DNA from: an uncultured Kiloniellaceae bacterium
GTDB taxonomy: Bacteria > Pseudomonadota > Alphaproteobacteria > Kiloniellales > Kiloniellaceae
Assembly: GCA_947500035.1 (NCBI GenBank)
Contig: CANMQP010000004.1
Coordinates: 158,071-222,070, forward strand
Reading direction: 5' to 3'
DNA length: 64,000 bases
Shown: in pieces, positions 39,463 to 49,802 of the stretch
How the letters are laid out: the number at the start of each line of letters is the position of its first letter
Numbering within the stretch: the stretch's first letter is position 1
Position numbers and translations under genes: made by a program
Notes under the pieces: model-generated
The model's database searches: none
Seen by the model: the letters and a program-made list of their open reading frames with translations, nothing else
What the model was told of the DNA's origin: nothing

Positions 39463-39812
39463 GTCAGACGATCATCCACCCCCGCGCTCTCTGCGATCCA
39501 GGCGGCATAGGCCGGCGTGGTCTGCGCGATGTCGATCTGCAGCAGCGGCGGCAGGTCGTAGGGGTGCAACTTATCGACCAGTGCTTCTATCGCCGCAAAG
39601 CGCGCCGCGAGCGTTTTCGCGGTCAGGACGATCTCCGGCCCCCGCTGGACTGCGCCCTGCCAGCGGTAGACCGAGGCGATCTCGGCCACGTGAACGGCGG
39701 CGGCCAGGTGCCGTTCGACCAATGCCGTCGCGATCACCCCGGCCACCGTTTGGTCGGGCACGGTTATCTGGATCAAAACCGGGCGGGATCCGCCCTCTTC
39801 ACTTGCCGTCAT
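39459..39812 (-). CDS. cutA: Divalent-cation tolerance protein CutA
   Basis: 117 aa from MTASEEGG. The CutA1 fold is recognisable (PVLIQITVPDQTVAGVIATALVERHLAAAVHV ... WQGAV). The long 571-aa ORF-track entry is the antisense read-through of the next gene. Confidence 0.78.
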   Translation of the reverse strand: MTASEEGGSRPVLIQITVPDQTVAGVIATALVERHLAAAVHVAEIASVYRWQGAVQRGPEIVLTAKTLAARFAAIEALVDKLHPYDLPPLLQIDIAQTTPAYAAWIAESAGVDDRLT

Positions 39813-39914
39813 AGCACCGAGCCCCCTGTCTCTTCCGGATGATTTCACCCAAGACGCATTATTCGGAGTGACGCAACCAGAGATACATCGGTAGGATGCG
39901 CCAATCACAGCGTA

Positions 39915-41159
39915 TTGGACAGTGGGAATCGTGAGCGAGGGGACTTTATGAGCGGGGATTTCTGGCGTTCCGTCACGGAAGACCACAAGCTGGCCGTGCG
40001 GATCTGGTGGGCGGAATTCGAGAGGAACCAGGATAACATCCTGACCTATTTTACGGCAGTCGGTAAATCCCCACCGCAAGAGGGCCGGTTCGACCTGCCC
40101 CACTGGATGCAGGAAAATCTGCAGGCCATCGACGCTGACCTGATGTGGGAGTTCGGGCCGGGGATCTCCAAAGACCATCGGCTTGTCATTACGCCTGAAG
40201 CCAGCCGGGCGCTGCGGCCCCTTGTGCGCTATATCCTGGACCAGGCACCGGAGTTCGAGAAGTTCGAGTTCTACGAATACCGGCTGCCGGAAAATCTGGA
40301 ACGCGCAACACAAATGATGACCCATCGGGCCGGCTGGCGGGATCTCTCCGGAATCAGGTTCAGGACCGAGATTGGCGAGAGCAACCGGATCGATATCGTC
40401 TTCCACACGCCCTTCAAAGAGCCGCAGGATGACCAGCTCGGAAAACTCTGGCTCCTGACCGAACAGCTCCTGGGCGAAGAGCTTGCGGAAAAGTGGGTCG
40501 GATACATCGATCAGCAGGCCGCGGCAAAAGGCGGACTCTTCGGCCTGCTGAAGAAACCAGACGATCACCTGCTTCCACTGGAAGAGCTGGCATCCGATTT
40601 CGGGAACCGGATCGCGGAAATCAAAAGCTCGCTGCCTGACCGGCCCTACTTCGAGATTGGAGAAGAACAGGACTGGGTTATGTTGAAACTGACGCCCGAG
40701 GAACAGGAGGACTACGACTTCAAGGACGACCTCTTTGTCGCACCCTTTCTCTCCGCCCCGATGTTCACAGCCATGCACGGAGGCCGAAGGAATTTCTGCC
40801 CCGAGCGCTTTTCGAACCACGGCGAAGCTTTCCTGTTCCTCAAAATGGATGGCGCCGCCGAGGATCTGGATCAGGAGACTTTCGAGGACCGCGCGAGCAT
40901 CGAAGACGCACTCAATGAGGCGCTCAAGAGTCTGGGTTGCATGATCGGTGGCGGCACGGGTTTGCGCTATTCCTACATCGACCTGGCCGTGACGGACCTG
41001 AAGGCCGCCGTGCCGATCATCCAAAGAACACTGCAAGCCGGTAACCTGACCCGGCGCAGCTGGCTCTTTCATCATGATCCCGACCACCAGGCCGAATGGA
41101 TCGGGATCTGGCCGGACAGTCCGGCGCCCTACATGGAAAGCGACCGCGAGCCCTCGTAA
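39915..41159 (+). CDS. Hypothetical protein
   Basis: A 414-aa ORF with coding-like composition. No recognisable motif. Confidence 0.5.
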   Translation: MDSGNRERGDFMSGDFWRSVTEDHKLAVRIWWAEFERNQDNILTYFTAVGKSPPQEGRFDLPHWMQENLQAIDADLMWEFGPGISKDHRLVITPEASRALRPLVRYILDQAPEFEKFEFYEYRLPENLERATQMMTHRAGWRDLSGIRFRTEIGESNRIDIVFHTPFKEPQDDQLGKLWLLTEQLLGEELAEKWVGYIDQQAAAKGGLFGLLKKPDDHLLPLEELASDFGNRIAEIKSSLPDRPYFEIGEEQDWVMLKLTPEEQEDYDFKDDLFVAPFLSAPMFTAMHGGRRNFCPERFSNHGEAFLFLKMDGAAEDLDQETFEDRASIEDALNEALKSLGCMIGGGTGLRYSYIDLAVTDLKAAVPIIQRTLQAGNLTRRSWLFHHDPDHQAEWIGIWPDSPAPYMESDREPS

Positions 41160-41189
41160 ACACCGAATGGCCATGATCCCGTCCGGGCC

Positions 41190-42005
41190 TCAGGCCTTCC
41201 GGCCGAGCGCCTGCACCAGTGGCAAGCCGGAGCAGCCGAAGGGATCACGGGCGAGGTCGCGCCAGGCCTCGACGATTTCATCGCGCTCCTCGCGCGTGCA
41301 CCAGCCCTTTTCCAAGGCGCGCACGCCGAGACTGCCGCTCGCCAGCGTTTCGGCCAGATTGCAGAAGTAGTCCGCACGCTGCTCGCCCCTGGGCGCCTGC
41401 TCCCAGTCCAGCGAAACCTCGATATCAACGAAGCCGTTGTGCTGTAGCAGAGGGCCGAGAACACGCCCGACATCCGGGTCGCCGCCGGTCGAGATAATGC
41501 CCTGGCGGACGATCCGGTTCAGCCTCTGCAATCGCGCGTCCCCGGGCAGGATGACGACCTGCTCATTGATGATGTCGCGGAGGGCGACGTGGCCACCAGG
41601 CTTGAGAACACGATGGATCTCCCGCATCGCCCTGTCCCGGTTCGGAATGTGGCAAAGGACGGTCTGGGCAAAGACGAAATCGAAGCTCTCGTCGGCAAAA
41701 GGCAATTCGAAGAGGTTGGCTTCGCGAAAGGAAACATTCTCGACGCCCATGGCCTGCGCCATGGCCTGCGCGCCGACCAGCTGCGCCCCATTGATGTCGA
41801 TCCCGACGGTTTCTCCCTTCGGCGCCCAGTCCGCGAGACCGACCGTGATGGAACCGGGGCCGCATCCACAATCCAGAATCCGGCTATCCTCCCTGATCCG
41901 GTCCCGGGCGAATTGCACCGAAGTCTCGGCATTCCTGAACCGCAGATAGCCGAGAAAAGCGCTCTCGTGACCCAGACTGTAATCGGATAGGGATGCTTCA
42001 GACAT
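41190..42005 (-). CDS. Class I SAM-dependent methyltransferase
   Basis: Motif I (VLDCGCGPGSITVGLAD) and motif post-I (LKPGGHVAL). The ATG at 42005 has a gaggaa RBS. Confidence 0.8.
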   Translation of the reverse strand: MSEASLSDYSLGHESAFLGYLRFRNAETSVQFARDRIREDSRILDCGCGPGSITVGLADWAPKGETVGIDINGAQLVGAQAMAQAMGVENVSFREANLFELPFADESFDFVFAQTVLCHIPNRDRAMREIHRVLKPGGHVALRDIINEQVVILPGDARLQRLNRIVRQGIISTGGDPDVGRVLGPLLQHNGFVDIEVSLDWEQAPRGEQRADYFCNLAETLASGSLGVRALEKGWCTREERDEIVEAWRDLARDPFGCSGLPLVQALGRKA

Positions 42006-43462
42006 AGCTGTTCCTCTTTTTCTTGACGACAAAGCCGCGCAGCGGAGCGGCAAAATTCAGATCGACAGGGCTGCAAAGTCATGAATTAAAGGCGACTCCG
42101 CCGCTTATCTCAAATAACACAAAGATCTTTCTCAAGTAACAACATTCATACATGATGATTTTGTTAATTTTAATGTTATTTTTCAATTTGTTATGAATCT
42201 CTTTAAAATCGGATTTTTTTCGAAAAAAAAAAATGATGCAGCTATAGTCAAGTCAACGATCAAGGCCCTGCTTTCGGCAAAGAGGTCTCGCCGCACCACA
42301 GGATGGGAAGTCTGTGTTTAATTTTCTATCCGGAAGCTCTTGGTTATAAGGCGTCCATTTTTTATTATTATTTTCTAACGCTTTAAATATCTTTTTCCAA
42401 CAACTAAGATGCAGAAACCCCTGCGCTCCGAGATGCGGCGACACTGCGGCAGCCAGGTTCAAGGGTGGCAAGCGTTTCAGCAAATGACGGCTGTGCGATG
42501 CTCGATTCCGCAGGGCAGTCGATCAGATTTTGAAGCGATATTTAAAATATTAAACATGTAAAAATAATAATCTATATTTCAATGCTATATACTTTCGAAT
42601 TTTATATTTAAAGAAAATGTCCCGGAACGCTCCGCAACGATGTCACGGCCCGCCACAACAGCGTCATCACCAGCCGTTTAAACTCTATTGCGGCGCATCT
42701 GCCGCATAACCCGACAGAGTCAAATCACGGAACCGGGCGATCAAGAAGCCACGACTGCGCGGCAAGAAAAATTGCGGAGGTCATCGTCTTTTCTGTCCTT
42801 GATCAGAAATACTCCGGAGCAGCGGCGAGTCCCGGGCGCGCGAGGGGGCCTTCCAACGCAATATTGCAGCAATGAATTTGCGCCGAGCCTCCGTAGTCAC
42901 AAGTAACCCGAGACGAACGGCGTCGGAATTTCTGGAGCCAGACGTTACTTGACTTTCGAAGCAATACTGAAGACCTGAACAGGGCGCTGCAGCGAGACGA
43001 CGCGGAAAAACTCTTCCAGTGGCTCCTGGTATGATTTGGTCTTGCCCAAATTCGCCGGATATCGGTAAAGTTTCCGTCCTGTCTTTCTGAAAGCAAACAG
43101 CCGGAGCCGCGCTTTGCCATCATAACCACCGGTCTCACCCAGGTCATGAACCCATGACCTAAACCCACCCGATACACGACCGCGCCCTTCTTCGGGGCGG
43201 CGGCCAGGTATTTTCACTGCTTCGCCCGGGTGGCGGTTCGAGACCGGTATGGCATGCTCCGACAGATTCTCCGGACCGCTGCGCTCATGTATTTTTAGTG
43301 AGCCCCCCGGCACTCATCCCGCTCTCTTTGCAGAACGCCGGCCGCGGGAGTAAAGCGCCAACCAGCGTCGCGTGATCAGACCTCCATGCCGCTCATCAGG
43401 AACTCAGCAAAGATTCCCTGACCGTCACCTCGGCGGACTTCCAACAGGAAGACCGAAACGAG

Positions 43463-44122
43463 ATGACTCGCCTTTTTTGCGCCGACTGGCTTTCCGTCCG
43501 CTGGACGGTAACACCCCTTACCGCGCCGCGGCCCCGGCTGTTCTGCAGGGACTGCGGAGAAACCCAAGCCTTCGAGAGCAGCGGCAAATTCCGGCTCAAT
43601 GCAAACGGCAAGCGCCTCGACGCCTGGTTGCTGTACCGCTGCCTCATCTGCGAGACCACCTGGAAACGCCCGGTCGTCGAGCGCCAGCCTCTGCAAGCGC
43701 TGGACCCGGGACTCCTGGGTGCCTTGCAATCCAACGACGCGGCCTTGGCTGAGTCTTTCGCCTTCGACCTGGCGGGTTTGCGCCGCTTCGCCGGAGAGAT
43801 CGAGATCTGCAGCGACGTCAAGGTGCAGAAAGCCGTGATCTCAGGCCCCATCTGCACCCCATCGCGCATCGCGATCGAGTTCTCCCTGCCCCACCCGACC
43901 GCGGTGCGGGCCGACCGTCTGCTGGCCCGGGAACTGGGCCTCTCCCGCACGCGGATCGCAGGATTGGCGAGGCAGGACAAAGTGAGAGCGGCTTTGAAGG
44001 GAGCGTATCAGCTGCGCAAGCCGGTGACCGACGGGTTGCAGGTTCATATCGACCTCCCGGATCTTCAGGATGCCGCGCGGGTTCTCTCCCTGGCATCCGG
44101 ACAGCGTCCGCGGGACCGTTAA
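43463..44122 (+). CDS. DUF1062 domain protein
   Basis: CRDCGETQAFESSGKFRLNANGKRLDAWLLYRCLICETTW is the Cys4 N-terminal region characteristic of DUF1062. Confidence 0.6.
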   Translation: MTRLFCADWLSVRWTVTPLTAPRPRLFCRDCGETQAFESSGKFRLNANGKRLDAWLLYRCLICETTWKRPVVERQPLQALDPGLLGALQSNDAALAESFAFDLAGLRRFAGEIEICSDVKVQKAVISGPICTPSRIAIEFSLPHPTAVRADRLLARELGLSRTRIAGLARQDKVRAALKGAYQLRKPVTDGLQVHIDLPDLQDAARVLSLASGQRPRDR

Positions 44123-44359
44123 AGGGCAGTGGGCCGCTCATGTTACTGCCCGTTTACATTGCAAGACATCACTCTAATTCTTTTATGGCGAAGACCAGCA
44201 GTCTGAGCACGGGCTGTGCATGCTCATCCAAGCTTGGGGCCAGCGTCCGTGTAAACCTGAGGAAAGACTGCGCAAGGGGGACAGAACGGAGCAAGGGGGC
44301 GGATGGGGCTCCCACGCTGTATCAGATAAAGGCAAAACCCGGAGAAGGAGACGGCCTCG

Positions 44360-44755
44360 ATGAAACAGAGTGTAATTCTTGCAGGATTGACCCTGCTGCT
44401 GACGGCCACCGGCCTATCGCACGCCACGGCGCAATCCGAAAATGAACCCGCGACACGCGCCGCTTTCGAGGCAGCCGATCAGAATGGCGACGGCCTGATC
44501 GACGAGGCGGAATTGGCGCACGATACCATTGAGGGCTTCGTCGCAATCGACAGCGACGGTAACCGCAGTCTCGAAAGCGGCGAGCTCGGAGCAGATTTTC
44601 AGGATGCGATCGCCCCGATGGACGGAGACGGCAACGGCAGCCTCTCTTTCGAGGAAGTCATGAAGCGCAAACTCAATCAGTTCAAACAGGCCGACAGCAA
44701 TGCGGACGGCGCACTCACGATAGAGGAGGTCTTGACCCATGACGGCGTTCAATAG
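44360..44755 (+). CDS. Periplasmic EF-hand calcium-binding protein
   Basis: Signal peptide, then four EF-hand loops (DQNGDGLIDEAE, DSDGNRSLESGE, DGDGNGSLSFEE, DSNADGALTIEE). Confidence 0.75.
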   Translation: MKQSVILAGLTLLLTATGLSHATAQSENEPATRAAFEAADQNGDGLIDEAELAHDTIEGFVAIDSDGNRSLESGELGADFQDAIAPMDGDGNGSLSFEEVMKRKLNQFKQADSNADGALTIEEVLTHDGVQ

Positions 44756-45491
44756 TGCGAGCCGGCAAAGCAGATCTTGGCTGTCTCCATCTCCAGCGCG
44801 CGCGGTGGCGGAGCGACCACATTCAAAGCCGTGCGCACGCGCTGCCGTCGTCACCGCGGGACTGATCGCCGCTCTCGCACTCGCGGGTTGCGCCTCGGAC
44901 TCAGGTGAGAGCGAACCTGCCGCCCCGGCGCTTGGAACGATCGGCGGAGCAGCCGCAGGCGGCGTTCTGGGCTCGACCATTGGAAAAGGCAAGGGCCAGT
45001 TGGCGGCGATTGTCGGCGGCGCCATTCTGGGCGGGGTGATCGGAAATCAGGTCGTGGACCGCCCGGTGGAAGAGCGCAAGAGCAAGGAACGAGAGGCCTC
45101 GCGTGACCGCGAAATGGAGCGGCAGCTCGAACTGGAGCGTCAGCGCGATGCCCGGGCGGAGGACGCGCGAGACCGCGACGTGCAGCGCCAACTCGACTTC
45201 GACCGCCAGAGCACCCTGCAGGAAGAGGAATTGCGGCGTGAACTCCGCGAGCGGGAACTTTTCGAGCAGTGGAAATCCCAACGGGTGGGCGGTGCGCCGC
45301 TTGTGGCCGCACCCGATATCCAGGCCGCGCAGCGGCTGCTGGTGGCGCTGGGGCATTATCAGGGCCCGATCGATGGTATCGAAGGCGGCGGCACGCGCGC
45401 GGCAACCCGGGCGTTTCAGCAGAGCAAGGGCTTGCCGCAGAACGGCGTCTTGACCGAGGATCTCGTCAATCTGATGCGCGCCAGCCTTTAG
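44739..45491 (+). CDS. Lipoprotein with a glycine-zipper segment and a C-terminal peptidoglycan-binding (PG_binding_1-like) domain
   Basis: Lipobox LAGC, GxxxG repeats, a charged coiled-coil region, and a C-terminal AAQRLLVALGHYQGPIDGIEGGGTRAATRAFQQSKGLPQNGVLTEDL. The ORF-track start overlaps the preceding gene, so the real start is probably further in. Confidence 0.6.
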   Translation: MTAFNSASRQSRSWLSPSPARAVAERPHSKPCARAAVVTAGLIAALALAGCASDSGESEPAAPALGTIGGAAAGGVLGSTIGKGKGQLAAIVGGAILGGVIGNQVVDRPVEERKSKEREASRDREMERQLELERQRDARAEDARDRDVQRQLDFDRQSTLQEEELRRELRERELFEQWKSQRVGGAPLVAAPDIQAAQRLLVALGHYQGPIDGIEGGGTRAATRAFQQSKGLPQNGVLTEDLVNLMRASL

Positions 45492-45591
45492 CGCCCCGGC
45501 AGGGAGCGAACGGGTTCTGCTCTTCAGGTCCCGCCCGCTTTGCGTTGCACCCGGCGGTTTGTCGCGGGCGCGGTTATCAGTCCTGCGACCT

Positions 45592-46002
45592 TCAGATCAC
45601 CACCTGCGCGCCGATCGCCAGGATGGCGGCCCAGGAGACCAGATAGGTCGGGGTGCGCAGGTAAGGAATGCCGAGGGTATAGACCACCGCATGCGCCAGG
45701 CGGGCGACGAAGAAGATCTGCGCCCAGAGCCCGACGGTCGGACCAGCCGCTTCACCACCGAAGAAGGCAACACCCAAAACGACCGCGATGAAGGCGGGCA
45801 TGGTCTCGACCAGATTGAGGTGCGCGCGCTTGGCCCGTTCCGCCCAGAGCGGCGGCGCCGGCTGCTCGACCGGGAAACCGGCGGGGTAGTTGTTGAGAAA
45901 GGTCGGCAGGCCCCAGACGAACACCCGCGCCAGAATGTAGGGCGTCCAGAGCAGAACCGTGAGCATCCCGCTCAGGGCGAGATAGAAATAAGCTGTTTCC
46001 AT
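45592..46002 (-). CDS. MAPEG-family membrane protein
   Basis: Start at METAYFYLAL (aagga RBS). MGST-like spacing, 4 TM helices. Confidence 0.6.
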   Translation of the reverse strand: METAYFYLALSGMLTVLLWTPYILARVFVWGLPTFLNNYPAGFPVEQPAPPLWAERAKRAHLNLVETMPAFIAVVLGVAFFGGEAAGPTVGLWAQIFFVARLAHAVVYTLGIPYLRTPTYLVSWAAILAIGAQVVI

Positions 46003-46373
46003 GAGTCGTGTCCTTGTCATGCGAAGCGCGTGTTCAACGCTTCAAATCCGTTGATCCAAAAAGGCCGCGCAGAGGGACAGACGACACCCGGAAAGCGATT
46101 CCCGGGGAAAGCTTCGATGCGCCTCTCAGCGCGGCTGTCTGACGAGTTGCGCAGCGCCGGACGGCAAATCAAGTTTCCGCGCGAGATCTGAACTCTCTGC
46201 ACAGACTGGTGGACGATCTGCATGGAATTGGACGCTTTGCCTGAAGTGACCGAGGCTTGATCCGTCGCACGGCGGTGCGGCAAGCATCCGGGCAGCGCCG
46301 TCTTTACCCTAAATAAGGGAAGGCCATTTATCGTTCCGGTTGCAGCTTATCTTCAATCCGGAATTGGCAGATC

Positions 46374-47447
46374 ATGACGCGTAACAGCGCCCCGACGATG
46401 CGGCCGAAGCTTTCCTTGCGCGTGACCTTCCGCGAGGCCTTTTCGCAGGTCTTTGGGCAATTCAGAGGTCTAGCGAAGCTGGCGATTTTGCCGATGGTCC
46501 TGAGCCTCGGGATTTCGGCGATTATTTTCGCCCTCACAGCCGCCGACCCCAAGATCAAGGGGCTGCCTCTCTACACGACCTCGTTACACCTCTTGGGGTT
46601 TTTGCCCTTCACAATCTTTGGCATTGCCTGTTGCCGACAGATGCTCCTTGGCGAAAAGGCCGAACTGATACCACGTCCGCTACTGGGTCGGCGACAACGT
46701 ATCTGGTTCACCTACAGCCTATTGTCTATTGTTATCCTCGCTTTACCCTTTACGGCGTTGTTCCTGCCCGCAATCGTGTTTGTCTTCGCTGCGAATCCAA
46801 TGTTTGCGCTGGTGCAGCTGATGACGCTTCCGGTACGCGTGATCATGCCCTGGCAGCTTTTCATGATGACGTTCTTGAAGGACGATCCTCTGTTCGCAGT
46901 GCGCTTCGTCCCTCACGCAGGATACTTTGGCCCCTTCTTCCCTTACTCAGGAGAGATTAGTCTTATGGTTACCGAGCAATACCTATGGTTTTGGTCGGTT
47001 TTTCTGGTGCTCATGCTGTTGCTGATGCGCTTTAGCCTCGCGCTCCCAGGGCTAGCAGTGGACAACCGACAGGGCGAGGCCGACGATTACCGCTTGGGCC
47101 TATTCGGGGCCTGGCGACTGGCCAGCGGAAGTGGCCTGAAGCTCATTGCCATATTGCTTGTGCTAGCAACGCTGGCAATGGCCGTAAGATCATTCTTCCT
47201 GTTTGCCAGTCCCAAAGTCTATTACTTCATCAACAGCCTGATCGGCTTTCTTCCAAGGTTTGGAGACGATCACTTCACACTGGTCTTCATGGTCCCAGTT
47301 CACGTGGGCGAGTTCGCGGTTATCTATCTCTGCATCGCCGTGGTCTGCGCGGCCCTCTGTTCCGCCTATGCGCAACTTCGCGGCTGGGACATGCAGAGGA
47401 CCAATCCCTCGGAAACTAAAAAAAGTCCCGGCGCCCGCCCCGCGTAA
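46374..47447 (+). CDS. Polytopic membrane protein, hypothetical
   Basis: About 8 TM helices and lower GC. No motif. Confidence 0.5.
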   Translation: MTRNSAPTMRPKLSLRVTFREAFSQVFGQFRGLAKLAILPMVLSLGISAIIFALTAADPKIKGLPLYTTSLHLLGFLPFTIFGIACCRQMLLGEKAELIPRPLLGRRQRIWFTYSLLSIVILALPFTALFLPAIVFVFAANPMFALVQLMTLPVRVIMPWQLFMMTFLKDDPLFAVRFVPHAGYFGPFFPYSGEISLMVTEQYLWFWSVFLVLMLLLMRFSLALPGLAVDNRQGEADDYRLGLFGAWRLASGSGLKLIAILLVLATLAMAVRSFFLFASPKVYYFINSLIGFLPRFGDDHFTLVFMVPVHVGEFAVIYLCIAVVCAALCSAYAQLRGWDMQRTNPSETKKSPGARPA

Positions 47448-47482
47448 CGGAGCAAGCGCCGGGATCTCTAACGCAAGCGAGG

Positions 47483-48703
47483 TTAGTGCGCTTTTTCGAT
47501 CTTGCTGAAGTCGACCTCGCGGCCTTCCGGTGAGGTGCGGATCGCCATGACTTCACCGCGCTTGGCATAGACGATGTAGCCAAGGCAAGCGAAGTAGAGG
47601 CCGATCACGATCGCGCCGATCCACTGGATCTGCAGGAAGTCGAGCTTGAACAGCAGGGTCAGCCCAAAGAGCAGCGCCACGTGAATGCCGATGTACTTCA
47701 AACGTCCCAAGCGGGCCACGGTCAGCGAGAGGTTGTCCGAATAGAGCCGGGTCAGGGAATCCAGCGAGTTGATCACGAAGGTGACACCCACGATGATCAT
47801 GGCGATGCTAAAGAGGCCGGCGATCTCCAGGCTGTTGAGGTGGTAGTAGTAGAGCACCGAGAACCAGATCGCGAGCGGGATCGAAGGGAAGACCACCAGA
47901 GCCACCAGCACCTGCCAGGTCTTAAGCCCGCCGACGAAGCGCGAGGTAAACTGGCCGATCATGATGCTCCAGGCGAACCACCAGAAGAGATAGAACTCGT
48001 GGTAGTCGTTGATCGGCAGAACGAACTTGTGAATGTTCGTAAAGTAGCCGCCGATCAGCCCGGCGCTCTCGGCAATGGCCGTACCGCCCATGCCCGCGGC
48101 AATCGCCATCAGCGCAATTAGGCCCAGGAAGAGCCAGGTAGACGCCAGACTGAGGATCTTCACGTACTTGATGTCGGTGCTGGAATAGACCGACGCCAGG
48201 ATCACCACGAAGACGATGACATGGAAAGTGGCCGTAATACTCTCCCCGTCACCGATCTGCGGTGCATACCAGGGCAGATGTTTCAAAAAGAGAAAAGCCG
48301 TGAAGGCGCAGGTGCCGATGATGACAATGTTGTTCAGCAGCTTCACCCAGGGAATCTCAAAGAAGCCGACCCGCGGCTCGATGACACAGAAGTAAAAGCT
48401 GGTCAGGAAGTAAAAGCCCCAGATCATGAAACCCCAGAACCCGAACTCGATGGCGAGGGGGTTGGTGAAGGCATACTCAGGGCTCGCGGCGGTGTCCGCG
48501 TAGCCCGGGAACTCGGTCAGCGGGAACATGATCAGGCCGACATCCAGGCCCGAGGTAAAGAGAATCGCGATAAAGGTGAAAAGCGGCACCGGCGTCACAC
48601 CGATGCATTCGAGGTTCCCCCATTTGACGAGGCTAAACACCACCATCGCCAGAGCGAGCAGCACGCCCGCGGATAAAACTAAAGTCACGGCTTTCTCCCA
48701 CAT
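47483..48703 (-). CDS. BCCT-family (betaine/carnitine/choline) transporter-like protein, atypically short
   Basis: FLFWWFAWSIMIGQFTSRFVGG resembles the BCCT signature helix. At 406 aa it lacks the usual first two TM helices and the C-terminal tail. AT-richer than neighbours. Confidence 0.6.
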   Translation of the reverse strand: MWEKAVTLVLSAGVLLALAMVVFSLVKWGNLECIGVTPVPLFTFIAILFTSGLDVGLIMFPLTEFPGYADTAASPEYAFTNPLAIEFGFWGFMIWGFYFLTSFYFCVIEPRVGFFEIPWVKLLNNIVIIGTCAFTAFLFLKHLPWYAPQIGDGESITATFHVIVFVVILASVYSSTDIKYVKILSLASTWLFLGLIALMAIAAGMGGTAIAESAGLIGGYFTNIHKFVLPINDYHEFYLFWWFAWSIMIGQFTSRFVGGLKTWQVLVALVVFPSIPLAIWFSVLYYYHLNSLEIAGLFSIAMIIVGVTFVINSLDSLTRLYSDNLSLTVARLGRLKYIGIHVALLFGLTLLFKLDFLQIQWIGAIVIGLYFACLGYIVYAKRGEVMAIRTSPEGREVDFSKIEKAH

Positions 48704-48796
48704 GCGGGGCGCGATCGCTCTTGCGTGCAGCGACTCAGAGCGAAGACCGCCCTCCCCCGGTTTATGAAGGCGCTGATTCCCGACCCGCTTTGAGTT

Positions 48797-48960
48797 AAAC
48801 GAGACGATCAGGCTCTTGTTATTTACGAGACTGATTCACGCTCCATTCTCAAACGAATGGAACGATCAGGCTCCGGTTTCTTGGGAGACTGATTCACGCT
48901 CCATTTGGTGCAAACGAAACGATCAGGCTCCGGTTCACCCCAAGTCTCAGAGAATCATAG
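48797..48960. repeat. About 2.5 imperfect tandem copies of a 54-61-bp repeat (aaacga..acgatcaggctcc...gagactgattcacgctccat) in the BCCT-like / TetR divergent promoter region
   Basis: Seen directly. The unit starts at 48797, 48851 and 48912. Confidence 0.7.
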
Positions 48961-49162
48961 TCTCCTCTGAATACCCCAGTGTGTAAAATTTATATCTTAA
49001 TATGCCAAATTTTGCACGGTCGTGCAATTTAAATATCGCTTGTACAACTTGAAGCAGGATATGCAGGGGTGTAAGCTATCCTTGCCTCGTCATTTTTCTT
49101 CGAGTGAAGCGAGAGAGTCCGGCGCAACTGTGATGAGTTCGAGTGGCGTCACGAGGGAGACT

Positions 49163-49738
49163 ATGGGCCGACAGCGCATCAAGGATGTCCGCCGCGAGGA
49201 ACTGATCGACGCCGCCATTTCCGCGGTCGCGGAGCACGGCTTTGCGGCGGTCACGGTCAATCAGATCGCCGCGCGGGCCGGGGCCTCGGCGGGCAGCATC
49301 CACTATTACTTCGGCGGCAAGGAAGAGCTGCTGGAAGCCACCATGCGCCGGTTCCTGGCCGCCCTGAAGCGCGAGACCCTCGAGCGCCTGTCAAAGGCCC
49401 AGGACCACCGCGCGCGTTTGAGCGCGCTGATCCTGGCCAACTTCAGCGACACGCTTTTTACCGGCGAAACCTGTAACGTCTGGATGCAGTTCTGGGCCTA
49501 TGCGCCTTACAGCAAACCCCTGGCGCGCCTGCAGCGGATCAACCGGAGCCGGGTCCGCACGAACCTGAACGCGGAACTCGGCCAGTTGCTGCCGCCTGAC
49601 CAAAAAGACACGGCCCGGCGCGCCCTGCAGGCCTATATGGACGGCGCCTGGCTGCGCAAGGCCCATAGCGCCGATGACTCCGGCGGCGAAACCGCCCGCC
49701 AGGAAGCAGAGCGGGTCATTACCATGCTGATCGGCTAA
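49163..49738 (+). CDS. TetR-family regulator (BetI-like)
   Basis: HTH (FAAVTVNQIAARAGASAGSIHYYFGGKEELLEATM). Start at MGRQRIK with a gaggga RBS. Confidence 0.78.
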   Translation: MGRQRIKDVRREELIDAAISAVAEHGFAAVTVNQIAARAGASAGSIHYYFGGKEELLEATMRRFLAALKRETLERLSKAQDHRARLSALILANFSDTLFTGETCNVWMQFWAYAPYSKPLARLQRINRSRVRTNLNAELGQLLPPDQKDTARRALQAYMDGAWLRKAHSADDSGGETARQEAERVITMLIG

Positions 49739-49802
49739 TATCAAAAGCCCCGCAGCACGGCCCAAGCGATAGAAAATCACGAGAGACATCAGGAGCCCCC
49801 GC

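Noticed and set aside
39459-41174. 571-aa minus-strand ORF
   Set aside because: Only its last 117 codons (CutA) are real. The rest is the antisense frame of the plus-strand 414-aa gene.
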